Shown piece by piece: positions 12,689 through 26,914 of a DNA stretch of 64,000 nt. The translations under genes and the position numbers were made by a program. How positions within the stretch are numbered: position 1 is the first letter of the stretch; the number at the start of each line of letters is the position of its first letter. The DNA is from Octopus sinensis (taxonomy: Eukaryota), in NCBI RefSeq assembly GCF_006345805.1, contig NC_042999.1:123938001-124002000 (forward strand), read 5' to 3'. The notes beneath the pieces were generated by a model. That model made no database searches and was not told where the DNA came from. It was given only the letters and a program-made list of their open reading frames with translations.

Positions 12689-13929
12689 GTAAGTGAGTTA
12701 AACCTGTCACTGACCCTTTGATAATAAATCACTGGCTATCTCATACATTTTATTATTTATACTACACTAAAAATAAATTCTATTTAACAAATAAATGATG
12801 ATATACTCTCACAAATTTAAAGAGAGAAGAGTTGCAATTAACTGGCTCTTTATAGTGATATCTTTTATTATATCTACATAATTTTGATTTCATATTATTT
12901 AGGTTCGATGTGTTTGATGCTATATGGATATGATAGTGCATGGCAAAAAGTGTTAAACAAAACATAAATAGAAGCTGGAGAAGAACCTGTTAAATATAAT
13001 CTGTGCAACGTTATATTTTAGTACCCATGAGAAACAGAGTTCAAGAAAGCTTAGTAAGAACCTAGCATTTTAAAGTATTTGTTGATTAACCTTGGAGAGA
13101 GAGAGAGAGAGAAGACAGAGAGAGAGAAGACAGAGAGAAAGAGAGAGAGAACTGTACTTGAATGAATGAATAATGATAAAGAAAATGGACAAATACTAAG
13201 TGCTGTTAATGGAAAACGTTTATCATTGAGAAAGACCTGAAAGCTAACTTCACAATTCATCATTGGTCTTTCTCATGGCGAGAAGTCATAAAGACAGTTT
13301 ACAAGATGGTGAGTTCGAAAAATGAAATGGTGGGAAATTGCCAAAAGTGACAACATACTGCCCTGATATTATCCAACACTATCACAAAATGTAAAACATA
13401 TTTAATTAAGGTGTAAAATTTGCAAATATGACAGAAGATTGTGTGGCTTCTTTGTTTCTCACAATGGTATTAATTGTATAACTTAAGTGGTGTACATCTG
13501 GATAAAAGTTTTGGTTAAATTGCTCAAGTTCTGATTTCATTTGGTTATCTAATTGAACATCAACTGGCATAAAGCAGCCAGAGAAGTGGCAAATCTACCC
13601 CAGTAATTTGTGTAGGATGAAACCTACTTTGGAAAATTGAGAAGAAAATTCAAAACCATTTATGCCTTTGGGAATATACTTATTCCAAATCTCAGGTGGT
13701 ATCTTGTCTTAAATGGCATTTGTCCAAACTGGATCACTTGCTTTTCTGCTTTAAAAGTATATGAAGATTCTTGGGCCAATAATGTGTAGAATTATGTTGA
13801 GACTACAGAATATAAAAAACAGCTGTGATCATTCATTAGGAAACAGGACAAGACTGTCTTTTAATAGTTAAAGTGTTTGCTTTGCATGTTTAGCAACAAT
13901 ATTACTAGAACACTTTACGTTTTTCCCAG

Positions 13930-14149
13930 GGTTCAAAGAAATGGTCAATGATGCTTTGTTGGGTGCTGTCTGTATTGCTAGTCAGACTTTTCTGATAATG
14001 ATTTATTCGAAAAGCCATGTAAACATTAAACCTTGTAGGACATGCAGAAATCAAAAATTATCTATATCAAGACATCTCATCTATATCAAGATGGATATAT
14101 CATCTATATGTCCTGAACTTCTGATCAGTTTCAATGAGCAGATATATGG
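13930..14149 (+). other. Candidate 220-nt exon
   Basis: tttacgtttttcccag|...|gtaagt with one fully open frame (FKEMVNDALLGAVC...NEQIYG). No homology recognised. Confidence 0.25.
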
Positions 14150-15183
14150 GTAAGTAAAACCAGAAGGCACTATTTACCAGGTGACTCTATAAAAAGAGCT
14201 AGCAGATTAAATAACAATAGCAACACCAGCAAAAAGCAAAAGAAAACCTTTCAAGATTTATTTGAAAAAATTAAATGAAATTAGACAAGTCCCACTCTTG
14301 GTAGATACTATTAAAGGTGAGGCAAAAATACAGTCATGACATGACCAAATAAAGTGAACCTATAATTTTGGCCATGTTTTATCCCTTATTAATAGCTATC
14401 TTTTTTTATTCTTTGATGCTTTTACCATCGAATGTTATTTCTTCATATATATATATATATATATATATAAATTTAAATAATAAGGGTGAAAAATTGAATA
14501 TTAATTTGATTAATATCAATTTAAAACCAGTAGCCTAGCATATTGAAAAATCTGATGCTGGCATAATGGATGTCTACTTAGTGGTCATCCCTCTTATATA
14601 TATATATATAAATGTTTGTGTGTTATTTATAGTTTCATTTTCATATGTATGTTTTTATGTCTCATTTGCTTATCCAAATCCACTTGAAATTTTGTTTTGT
14701 TTTATAATTTGTTCTTTCTTAATGACCTTGTAGAAAATAAGCAAAAATATTGTAATTATTAATTTGGTGGTGGATAGCAAAATGGTATAATCAATAGACT
14801 GTTGAAAAAAATATCATGTGGTATTTGGTTACACTACCTTACATTCCATGCCCAAGCTCACTCAGTTATTCAGTCTTCTGAGGTCAATAAAATAAATATT
14901 TGGTTGATGTATTCCATAGCTGAAAAGTCCATACTTCAGCATAGTCATAATAAGAACAAAAAAGTGTCCAAAACTTCAGATTGAAAATATTAATAACATA
15001 CTCAATTATTTGACTTGTCTGTTATTTGGTCATAGTTTGGGAGGCAGGACAAAGATGAGTTTTAGTATCTGGAATATAGTCAGGCATTTGTTGTTTTATT
15101 TTTCAGTTAAAGATCACTATAACTAGAATATCTAATTCCACATTATCCTCAGTAATAGATATGTCCATGTATTTATGTTTTAG

Positions 15184-15264
15184 CTTTACTGCTTTACATT
15201 CTTTTCTTGATACCAAGTGTGGGTTTTACAAATTTTAAACAAGTTTGTATACTTATGTGGAGCG
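15184..15264 (+). other. Candidate 81-nt exon
   Basis: atttatgttttag|...|gtaagt, open in phase 1-1 (LLLYILFLIPSVGFTNFKQVCILMWS). Confidence 0.2.
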
Positions 15265-17421
15265 GTAAGTTCTGATGTTTTGAGGAGGATATTTCATTAT
15301 TCATTGTTTCCTGCCTATGCAGGCCATAACTAGATTCCTTGAATTCTTTGTTTTTTTTTCTCATTCCAATTTGAAATACCCTCTGGACCTTGGATGCATT
15401 TAGCAGAGTTTCCCCTATTGCATGCACTGGACAAGGTCTCTATTTAGACATTTCTTCTACCTTTTTCTCCCCCATTCTTGAAAGTCTTGAAAAAGTTCAT
15501 GGGCATTTTCCTTCACTAATTAAATTGATAAGATAAAAACAAAAATCAAATAATTATTTGGATAATGTTAGAGCAATTACTTTTTACAATTCTATTCTCT
15601 AATTACTGTGAATTGTTTAACTGTGAAATGGTAATTGAAGCATCTTTTCATCCAAACTGAACCTAGCCTACAGATACAACACAGTAACTCTCGTAGTAAA
15701 CTTTGAACTCACTCATGGCTGCATGGTCTTTTGTCCAGCATCTTTAGTCTATTTCCTTACAGCAATTCTACTTATAATATAATGGAAATTGAACTACACG
15801 CCAATGCTAATTGGGGAAAATATGCTAACTATTGCTGTCTTTCTCTATTTTATCATCCATCTGCTTGCTACAGGTTCACTAACTGAAAAACAAAAACAGA
15901 AATAAAAAAAAACAAGAAAAAACAAAAACAAAAAGATTTCACTATACAGTTGAGTTTCTGGTTGTAAAACATCAATTCCAACAAGCCATGCCATTCAAAT
16001 ACTTGATTTTTAGAGAACCATTTAAACTCACATGAGAAATAGTAATACCAAGCAAAGAAACCTCAGGTGAATTTATTATGGAAAGAATTTTTTAAAAATT
16101 TTTTTCTCTTGATGGATTCAGAAAGAAAAATTAACTTCAAATTCCAAGCAACAAATGATTGAGTTTAAAAATATTCAGTTCTCAAGTAATTTTCAATGTT
16201 GAATGTCACACATTAAAGAATATAGTAAATGTATTTACATTAACATTTTCTAAGTATGATTCCTAGATTCAATGTAAAGTTCAAACTGTAGTTGTGCTAA
16301 AAAGTAAGCTGTTAAATTTTATATCTACTTTTTAAAAATTTATTTTCTTTTTTCAGTCAAAAAAAAAAATATATATATATTTTATTTATTTTTTTTTTAT
16401 AATTATTTCTATTCAAGTTCATGTTGAAATATCATACTGAAGAGTCTGTGGAAGTTTTTATTTAGTACTCAGATTTTGCTTTACTTACAACAGAGCTGTC
16501 ATTTTATCCAGCTTTCTCATCTTATAGGGGTTTGGAGATTTTGTTAGGTTTTTTTTTTCTTAGCTTGATATTCTGCTAGGATACAAAATGCTCAGTGTCA
16601 AGGAGGTTGTATAAGTAACAGGTAATTAATAATCAGGAATGCAAGGGGCTTCATCTAAATTCTCTCAATTCACTTCTTAGTACAATATAATATAAAATAA
16701 AATGAAATAAAATTTTTTTTAAAAATAGGCAAGCAAGTATTGTAAAACTATATCTTGCAAATACTTCCTTTGAGTAACAACAGAAAATGCTTCTTTAAAA
16801 AAATATTCCAGCAGGAAATGGATCATCATTCACCACCATTATTATCGTCATCATCACCACTACAATCATGACCACCAATATCAACGTCATCCTCCTCCTC
16901 ATCCTCCTCATCCTCATCATCCTCATCACCCCTACCATCATTATCAACATCACCATCATCATCATCATTTTTTGTTTTATTTTTTATCTTTGTAATTTCC
17001 AGCACTGAGTGGTGCAAAGAACCACAAAAATAAGGAAAAATGCCTGCATATATTCCCAGAAAGTAAATGAATAAAGAATACATATATATAGAGTGAATAA
17101 CGTAGTTTTTAAATTGTTTTGCATTATCTCCCACTTCACAAAAGTCATAGAAAAAACTAAAATTTAATGAGATTTCACTTCTATCTTTTATTGGTTTTTC
17201 TTTTTCCATGTTTGTTCTTTTTTTTCTGTATTTCACTTCTGTCAAAACTAATGTGATTCATTCAATATATGTGTCAATTGTGGAATGTTGGTGATAGAAT
17301 TGAAAGTAAGGTTGTCTATCATTGCTCAACTCCACACAAGAATCTGCATTGTTGTAGCTGTTTATCTGCAGGTTCGCATTATTTCAGAAATAGTAAGTTT
17401 AACAGGCTTTCTCTCTCTCTC

Positions 17422-17473
<52 letters not shown>

Positions 17474-17495
17474 TTTTACAATGGAAAGGCATGTC

Positions 17496-17716
17496 TTAAC
17501 CCTTTAGCATTTAAACTGGTCATATCCAGCCAAAATGTTCCACTTGTTTTATATTCAAACTGACCAGATTTCTCACACCAACACTACAATATCATTCTAA
17601 AAGTTAACTGTTTCTTCATCAAAATCTCAAAGCTATGGAAATAATACATGATTTATTCAAAACAACATGAATGCATATTACTTTTGATAAGAATAATGTG
17701 AATGCTAATGAATTAA
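17496..17716. mobile_element. piggyBac-type MITE
   Basis: TTAA-CCCTTTAGCATT at the left end and a degenerate AATGCTAATGAA-TTAA at the right end. About 220 bp, non-coding. Confidence 0.65.
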
Positions 17717-17929
17717 GGGATTTTGGCCCTATTTCTTATAGATTGAGGGAACATGTAGGGGTACTTCAGCTATCATTATTAGCTTCAGAGTGAAACCTTT
17801 TTTTCCATTGTAAAAGTGGATTTAGCAATTTTAACTGTAGATTCTAGTCAGAGTCTTTTGCATGAAGGAATCACTTTGGTTGGGTTTTTCATGCCTTATT
17901 ACTTTGATACAATAACCTCTTACTTTGCT

Positions 17930-18172
17930 GTGGAAGCATGCATCTTAGCAGTTAGGGTGTTGAACTCATGATCATAAGATTGTGGTTTTGATTCCTGGAC
18001 TGGGTAATGTACTGTGTTCTTGAGCAAAACACTGTATTTCGTATTGCTCCAGTTCACTCGGCTGGCAACAATGAGTAAACCTGTGACAGACTGGTATCCT
18101 GTCCAGGTGGAGAATTTATACACCATAAAACTCAGAAATTGGTCCTTATGACTTGAGAAGGTAACTTTACTT
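17930..18172 (+). mobile_element. tRNA-derived SINE
   Basis: A-box/B-box-like head. Colinear with 40826-41075. Confidence 0.75.
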
Positions 18173-18714
18173 TTTATTACTTTGCTGTATGTGTCAAACC
18201 CTGTTCCCTTGATTATGGATGTCACTCATTATCCTTTTGCTTGGATCTCCTATATCCTATCACCTTTAACTTGTTTTCTTCTCACGAAGTAATTGTGACA
18301 ACATAACAAGGACAAGTGACAAATCGTTCAATAATCCTGCATCTCTTCTATAATCCACTGGCAATGACAGCAGTAGCAGTGGTGGTGGTAATGACAACAG
18401 TGATGGTGATGGTGATGGTGATGGAAGTAGCTGTGGCTCCACATCTGAAGATTACTATAATAGTATAAGTTTCTGTTGACAACAAGGTCCAGTCCTTGTT
18501 GTGATGTGGTGGTTTCTGAGCATCAGTGCCCTTGAGAGCTATGCCAGTGGAGTACAAGCTTCTAGTGGGATTTCTCATACCAGACAGGTCAACACATAGA
18601 GGCCAGAGTAATATGGGCCATATCTTCCCAGAGTTAAAAATGGGTTTGTGAATGGCCAAAACTCCTATCTAGACAAAAAGAGCAAAGTTACAAAAATATT
18701 AATCCTTTCTACTA

Positions 18715-18905
18715 AAGGTACAAAGCCTAAAATTTGAAATTTTGGGAGAGGGGGCAAGTTAATTACATCGCCCCAAGTGTGTAACTGGTACTTATTTCAT
18801 CAACCCCAAAAGAATGAAAGGCAAATTCAGCCTCAGCAGAATTTGAACTCAGAACTTAAGGACAGACAAAATCCTCAGTGTTTTAACAATTCTGCCAGCT
18901 CACTG
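18715..18905 (+). mobile_element. SINE 3' module
   Basis: Homologous to 30450-30625 and 31020-31205. Confidence 0.7.
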
Positions 18906-19391
18906 ACTATTCAAGATCAACAAGATCTAAGAGATGAAGGCTTTCCCTTTGGGGTGGATAGGCCTCAAAAAGATAGCTCAGGGTTGCAAGCAGTGGGGGA
19001 AAAGTCGACTGTAGAATTGTTTGTGGAATATTTAACCATTTCCATTCTAGGGAGTTCCGTTGATCAGAGGGAAATAAATGCAAACAAAAAATAAAACCAT
19101 GTCTTTTGATTTGTTTATTTAAAGTGGGTATATATAATACAGTGCACTCCCTGGAAGACAAAAACATGAAATAAAATATTGTATGAAGATTATAATCAAG
19201 GAATATGGTAAAGCATTGACAATCGATTGATATAACATAAGAAATATGTGAAATGCAGAGGATAATGTTTTGATGCATTTGTAACTAATATCATTTGTTG
19301 CAAAAATTAAAGAGGCAGTTATTTCGGTAGGGGTAATGCATAAACATAACTGAATGTAAGGTACAATAAACATGTATGTGTGTATAGGTAT

Positions 19392-19438
<47 letters not shown>

Positions 19439-19474
19439 AGCGCACACACACACACACATATGTATGTCCATATA

Positions 19475-19655
19475 TAGGGTGAATTCAAGAAAAAGCAAAA
19501 AGACAAAGGCAGGTGGTGTAGAAAACAAACAGATGTATTAGTATCACGCTCGGAAATTGAAAAAGTCTTTAACATTTTGAGCCTACGCTCTTCTACAGAA
19601 AGGAACACAGAAAAAACAAGGAGAGAAAAAATGTGTGTAGTGGCTACTGATCTAT
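19475..19655 (-). mobile_element. About 180-bp repeat embedded in microsatellites, with a decayed hammerhead-like motif
   Basis: Reverse-complement homolog of 42250-42425. The motif at 19567-19602 reads CTTT-CTGTAGA-AGAGC(GTAG)GCTC-AAAAT-GTT-AAAG. Confidence 0.55.
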
Positions 19656-19672
19656 CATGGCGAATATATATA

Positions 19673-19784
<112 letters not shown>

Positions 19785-19813
19785 CATGTATATATGTATG
19801 CATGCATGCATGC

Positions 19814-19846
<33 letters not shown>

Positions 19847-19859
19847 ATATGGGTGGCTA

Positions 19860-20025
19860 ATTCACAAGTTTACAACCTAAAGGATGGTTTGACTGAAGCT
19901 GGTAAACTAGTGAGTTGCATCAAGTTCCAGTCTGATTTAGCATGGTTTCTATGGCTGGATGCTCTTCCTAACACCAACCACTCCAAGAATGTAATGGGTG
20001 CTTTTTATGTGTCACTGGCACAGGT
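19860..20025 (-). mobile_element. RTE-type 3' end fragment
   Basis: Reverse complement of about 20480-20630. Confidence 0.7.
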
Positions 20026-20059
20026 ATTTTTAGTATATGTGTATATAGATATATTCCTC

Positions 20060-20705
20060 TGAAGACATGTGCAAGCTTGAAAGAAATTAAGCTTTGCTGG
20101 ATGTGTAATGTCAGTGTGCATCTACAACATAGTGTAAGCTTCTTGAGAAAAAAGTTGAGTATAAGAGGCTTCAGATGTGATGCGCAAGAGAGACAACTGC
20201 ACTGGTATGGTCATGTGATATATATGGATGGGAACAGCTGTGTAAAGAAGTGCTGATCTCTAACTGGGGAGGGAACCTGTGGAAGATGTAGACCCAGGAA
20301 GACATGGGATAAGGTGGTGAAGCATGATCTTTGAACATTGGGCCTCACAGAGGCAATGACAAGTGACTGAGACTTTTGGGGATATGATGTGCTTGAGAAT
20401 ATTTGTCAAGCCAAGTGAAATCATAATTGGGGCCAATGCCAGTATCACTTAAGTGGCACCTGTGCTGGTGGCACCTAAAAGCACCCATGCCAGTGACATG
20501 TAAAAAGCACCTGTTACATTCTTAGAGTGGCTGGCATTAGGAAATGCATCCAATTAAAGAGACCATACCAAATCAGACTGGAAGTTGGTGCAGCTCGCCA
20601 GCTTACCAGCTTCAGCCAAACCATCTAACCCATGCCAACATGAAAAGCAGATGGTGAATGATGATAATGATGATGATGATGATGATGATGATGATGTTGA
20701 TGATG
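20060..20705 (+). mobile_element. RTE-clade LINE 3' fragment with (GAT)n tail
   Basis: Degenerate QLHWYGHV..MD...VKK....GTCGRCRPRKTWDKVVKHDL matches the RTE C-terminal RLRWxGHV...GRPRxTW motif. The 3' UTR ends in (GAT)n. Confidence 0.8.
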
Positions 20706-20877
20706 TATGTGTGTGTATTCATTGGACATTTGAAAATTAGATATAATGACATCTATCTTTAGATGCGACACCAAAACTAGAATTGTATATCTGGTGCTTT
20801 AATATTTTATATAATTCAGATGTTTTCATATGCAATATTTAAGGCACATGACCTGACTAGGATCTATCCCTGCTCAC

Positions 20878-20940
20878 CCATGACTCATAATGGAGGATTT
20901 TCGGTTGCTATTACAAAGTGTTTCTGTTGTTTCTTGGTAC
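20878..20940 (-). CDS. Candidate 63-nt exon (YQETTETLCNSNRKSSIMSH)
   Basis: ccaatctttaaatag|...GG|gtgagc, open only in phase 2-2. Confidence 0.22.
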
Positions 20941-23900
20941 CTATTTAAAGATTGGTGGCGCTATGTATCATCATTATTTAATTATATTTGCAAGCAACAT
21001 TGCAAAGTACTGAAGAGGAGATATAACAATTGACCCTTTCTACTGCTAAGATAACACACTACCAACTCGACAAACTATAATTTACGTAGAATCTGTGGTG
21101 ATATAAAAAAAAATATATTTATATATATATATATAATAATAAATCCATCGTCAGAAGTCATCACTTCATTTCAAACATTCAAATGGTAAAGATGGGGAAA
21201 ACAAAATATAATTATTGCTAAAATGGGATATAAGGCTACCAAACGCCAATAAGAGAATCTTTATTGAATGCTATATTATGTTTTCGTACAAGAATTGAAA
21301 ACCAGTCTTCAGTTCCTAACAACCATAACCTAATAATATACAGCAGTATGTTTTTTCCTGTGTAATACATACAAAAAGCCTAACAGAGAAAATTGAGAAA
21401 ACTTTGTGATTAGTTGTGTTATGTAAACGGCTTTGTTTATTCCTGTGATAATGTTACCACTTTCTTTGTTTCCAAATATTTTTTATTGTAGATTGCCTCC
21501 TAGTTATAGATAGAACATAATTTTCACTCCTTTTTATTTAATACTAATAGTTTGCACTCTGTTTCTATTAACTTACTAAGTTATGGAAAGTTATAAAAAC
21601 ATTCCATTGTCAATCATAACCATCATCAAACCTGCATCACCTAATACCAAACTGCTGTCATCATTGAAATAGAATAACTTAGTATCACCAGCATTTCCTT
21701 ACAGATAACCAGTACAGTCCCTTTTTTTTTCTCTTTTGTTTTGAAACTAGTAAGAAACACTGAAACACCTAAAAGTTTCTACTTTCATTTTCATTTTCTG
21801 CACCATTATGAATGAAAAGAATTTTGTCTATAGGGTGACACAAAGTTTTATAAATAAAAAATGATCAATATTTTTTGGAAGATTAGTCAATTTCTCTCTT
21901 ATGATTACATTTACACTCTGATACCGTTTTCACTATTGCATTTAGCTTTTTTTTCTTTTTTGTCATTCCCACTAATTTTGTACTGTAATATCCTTTTATA
22001 TGTTATTTGTTCTATTGTTAAAGTAAATGGACAGACAATAAGCTGCAACAATAAATGTCTTTACTTTTTTGAGGAAATATTTGGCAATTTATCAACATAG
22101 TCCTTGACCATCAGATAGATAATTGGATCTATTGGAAGCTTTAGACCACATAATTTTCAAATACAACAAAGAAAAAAATATTAATACTTTTCCAACATGA
22201 TTTCATATCTAACCTACTTTAGGCTTCACTACATCTAACTTTTATCTCATATTATTCCACAATAAATTGTCAGTTTGAACAAATATTGGAAGAAACTATT
22301 ATTTTTATTGTCAATAGGGTCCTATATTTCCCTGCGTAGCAATTAAGTTAAATGACAGAAGTGAATGAGTATACAACATTTGGTTGTTGTCTGTTGTACT
22401 CTCTCATGATCAACCACATGATTTGTAACTACCAGGAAATGTAGCATGTATGACCGATGTTACTTCACCTGAATTTCTTCCAACTGTGTAGGAAATCAAA
22501 AGACATGAGCAGAAATTATAAACTCACAAATTTGTCTTAAGAAAGGCTTTATGATAAGAGTGGTAACATAACATTTGAAACTGGTTAAGTATATCATTAT
22601 TATTATTATCACTTTAACATTATTTTTCCAGATCAGTGGTGGATCTGCAGTTTTCAGCTTTCTAATTACATTGTATATAATTACTTGCCTAAGCTGAATG
22701 GATGGCTCTTCAATCAGTTCTAAATGGTACATACTTTTCTTAACCAATGTCTTCTATATATTCAGTAGTCAATCATAAAACTTCTGTGCATCCATCAATC
22801 ATAGTCATAAAAGTCTTCTGCTCATATAATTTTCCCAATGATTTCTTCATTGGAAACTTCTTAATTTATCCTTCCAAAACTCATTTAAAACTCAACCATG
22901 TTTGACATAATTTCTTTCATTTATGATTTACAATTAAGTATAACATTTCTCCTGAGATTTTCTAGTTTAACACATTTTATATTTCAATTACAGTTTTACT
23001 TTCCTTAGAGATTCAAGATATTTTTAATCTAAATTTGTCTACTGTTTTGCAGTAAATGTTTACTTCTTTCAATAAGAAGCCTTTCACTTCTGTACCTTTT
23101 GCTTAAGAGACCTTTCCATCCTTATTATGTCACATATTCAATGCATAACTCACTTGCATCTCCTATCATACCATATATAGTTTCTAGATTCAATACATGA
23201 AAGCATAGCTTAATGCTTAAAAATATATTTTGTCTTTGTGTTTACTGTTGCTGTATGATGCATTTCATTTAGAACAATGTGACTGTGTTTCTGTAACCCA
23301 GCAGAGCAATGGTAACTAATTAAGAAGCAAACTTGCTGAGTGTTATACATTTGTGTATCTTCAGCTAAATGTAGATGCAGATAGAGGACATAATGGAAAT
23401 GAATAAAAAGACTGTGGAAAATTTTATTGTTTTGTGATCAGTTCTAGATTAATAATTGATTAATTAATTACCTAATTGTTTAACTTTCTAAACAATATTC
23501 CTTATAGAAAAATCATTGGCATCACTAAAAACCTAATATTTACCTAATTTCTGATAGAGTAATCTGATAGTTATCTATACAAGATTAAGGCAACTTGGTT
23601 TTACATAGTTTTACTTCACCATATTTATAAATTCTTAATGAATGAAATCAAGAAACATGGATAATTTCTAAGTGTTATTGAATGAGTCATTGTTCAAGAG
23701 ATATGCATGATACATTATATTGTACATGTTGCTTGAAAAGCTTTTGAATAGTAAAAAGGTTTATTCATGTAAAGTTAGGAAATATTTGTTCTAAGACAAA
23801 TCATGACTTTACTGCTATAAAACAAAATAGCCATGATTCCAACGACAGAATGTATTTTTCATGTCATTGATGTTATAAAAAGTCAAAAGAGTTTAAAATC

Positions 23901-24407
23901 ATAATGGCATTTAGTTTGACTTTAAAGTAGCTTTACAATTCTTTCTTTTGATATTTGACTTTACTAAAGACAAAAATTAGAATTCTTTTAACAGCAACAA
24001 ACCAGAATAACTTTTTTTGTAGGTCAAAAAGAATAAAAATCTTTGTTTTTGAAATGCTACTTCGAAAAGTCTGTATTCTAAAAACCTAGAAAATATTCCA
24101 TTCTATGGGTGCAAAAGACAACTAAGAGTGAAAGATTTGTTGCATGCAAGAAAAAATTACCATGAACTACATCAAGCAAAAATCATTTGGGGATTTCAAA
24201 AGGTAATTTAAAAAATATTTTTATATTCATAACATTGCAGAAGAGGAAGACTGGAGAAGATATGAGGAGTGATGAAAGCAGAACTCAGAATGCTGAATTT
24301 CATGAAACAGATGACAATAGGCTGCAACAAGTTGCAAGATATTGTGCTGAAGATGATGCACCTCACCCATGCTAGCACAAAAAAATTGATGTAAAATTAT
24401 GATAGTT

Positions 24408-24865
24408 GCAGGAGTGGCTGTGTTGTAAGTAGCTTGCTTACCAACCACATGGTTCTGGGTTCAGTCCCACTGTGTGGCACTTTGCACAAGTGTCTTCTAC
24501 TATAGCCTAGGGCTGACCAAAGCCTTGTGAGTGGATTTGGTAAACGGAAACTGAAAGAAGCCTGTCGTATAAATGTGTGTGCGTGTTTGTGTGTGTGTGT
24601 GTGTGTGTGCATGAGTATGTGTGCGTGTGTATGTTTGTGTGAGTATGTGTGTGTGTTTGCCCCACCACCACCACCAACATCACTTGACAACCGATGCTGG
24701 TGTGTTTACATCCTCGTAACTTCGCAGTTCAGCAAAAGAGGCCAATAGAATAAGTACTAGGCTAACAAAGAATAAGTCCTGAGGTCAATTTGTTTGACTA
24801 AAGGCAGTGCTCCAGCATGACCACAGTCAAATGACTTAAGCAAGTAAAAGAAAAGTAAAAGAATA
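24408..24865 (+). mobile_element. Full-length tRNA-derived SINE
   Basis: Head GCAGGAGTGGCTGTG, internal (TG)n, tail AAAAGAAAAGTAAAAGA. Confidence 0.9.
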
Positions 24866-25051
24866 ATTCATGAGAAAGTCATTTAAGTATAATAAAATAA
24901 AGTATTAAATACATTACATACTGACTTGCAAGTATATTTTCATCATTAATATTGTCATTACGAACCATTAGCACACTGGGCAAAATGCTTAGCAGCATTT
25001 CATTCATCTCTACATTCTGAGTAGTTCGAATTCTGCTGAGATTGACTTTAC

Positions 25052-25239
25052 TCTTTACTCTTTTACTTGTTTCAGTCATTTGACTGTGGCCATGCTGGAG
25101 CACCGCCTTTAGTCGAGCAAATCGACCCGGGACTTATTCTTTGTAAGCCCAGTACTTGCTGAACCGCTAAGTGACGGGGACGTAAACACACCAGCATCGG
25201 TTGTCAAGCAATGCTAGAGGGACAAACACAGACACACAA

Positions 25240-25286
<47 letters not shown>

Positions 25287-25440
25287 TACGACGGGCTTCT
25301 TTCAGTTTCCGTCTACCAAATCCACTCAGAAGGCATTGGTCGGCCCGGGGCTATAGCAGAAGACACTTGCCCAAGATGCCACGCAGTGGGACTGAACCCG
25401 GAACCATGTGGCTGGTTAGCAAGCTACTTACCACACAGCC
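25052..25440 (-). mobile_element. tRNA-derived SINE, inverted relative to 24408-24865
   Basis: Starts CTCTTTACTCTTTTACTTGTTTCAGTCATTTGAC and ends ACCACACAGCC. Same family, opposite strand. Confidence 0.9.
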
Positions 25441-25689
25441 TCTTTGCTTTTCATTCTTTCGAGGTTGATAGAATAAATACCAGTTGCATAGTGGTGTTTA
25501 TTTAATTGACTTCGCTCCTCTTCCCAAACAGCAAGCCTCGTGCAAAATTTGAAACCAATATTGTCATTACCAACAAAACTAGTTTAACATGATAGTTAAT
25601 GGAGTCTGTACATTTAAGCTTTTCAGATCTTCTAAAATCAGGATATTTTAATGATGTTGATGCTCCTTCTTTCATTTGTCCACTCCCGA

Positions 25690-26047
25690 CATGGACGCCA
25701 GTCAGATGGTACTGGCATCAGCCACGTCCGGTGGCACGTAAAAAGCACCATCCGTACACAGCTGATGCCAATGCTGCCTGAATGGCGTCTGTGTTGGTGA
25801 CATGTAAAAAGCACCATCCAATTGGGGCCGTTTGCCAGCCTCCTCTGGCCCCAGTGCTGGTGGCACGTAAAAAGCACCCACTACACTCTCGGAGTGATTG
25901 GCGTTAGGAAGAGTATCCAGTTGTAGAAACACTGCCAAATCAGATTGGAGCCTGGTGCAGCCTCTTGGCTTCCCAGACCCCGGCTGAACCATCCAATCCA
26001 TGCTAGAATGGGGAACGGACATTAAACAATGATGATGATGATGATGA

Positions 26048-26050
<3 letters not shown>
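25690..26050 (+). mobile_element. RTE-type 3' end with about 3 internal ~60-bp repeats and (GAT)n tail
   Basis: Three GGCACGTAAAAAGCACC-type units followed by the conserved 3' UTR and ATGATGATG. Confidence 0.8.
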
Positions 26051-26097
<47 letters not shown>

Positions 26098-26711
26098 TTT
26101 AAACTTGTGTGTATGTGCATGTATGTATATGAGTATATATATATATATATATACTCATATACATACATGCACATACACACAAGTTTAAAATGTGACATTG
26201 TTTTTGCTACCTACATTCTAGTGATGGAGCTTTGTATCTTTTTTTAGAAGCCAGCTCCTTCAGATGAAGATATTTTCAAATGAGTGATCAGAGATAAAAG
26301 ATAAGTAACATATGCATGGGAGACGTTTCAAAAGATAGAAAGGGAGCCTGGGTCTCAGATATAAAACCCAGCATTTGACACTTTGGATTTCAGGAGTGAG
26401 TTGCAGTAAGAGTAATGTAAAAACAAGGGTAGAGTCTTGTGGCTCTATGGTAGAGACTTTTTCAGAAATAATAGACAGATCAGAGAAAACACAGGTCAAC
26501 AATAGAGGTTAGAGCGTTGGTAAGGTGAAGATATGTATATCTGGTGAATAATATCATTCACAGATACTGACCAGATTGTACCTATAAATAATATGTACAT
26601 CATGAGAAAGGAATTTTTATTCTGTATAAAAAAAAAAACAGGAATTATTTAAAACTGAAGTATTTTTGAAAAGGAAAATCTGTGTTGTGTGTGTGTGTAT
26701 GTATATGTATG

Positions 26712-26762
<51 letters not shown>

Positions 26763-26848
26763 TTATAAGTAATGCTTATCGCCACCTACTTCTCGGCATA
26801 AATACTACTTTCATTGCTAATACAGATTTTCTTAATGAGCTAGCTTGC

Positions 26849-26914
<66 letters not shown>

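Noticed and set aside
16826-17245. 139-aa ORF with an acidic D/E tail
   Set aside because: The tail is a degenerate (GAT/GAG)n repeat and the rest is A-rich, with no recognisable domain or convincing splice donor.
24187-24448. Overlapping short ORFs in GC-richer unique sequence
   Set aside because: No recognisable homology and no consistent splice partners. Cannot be supported without RNA data.
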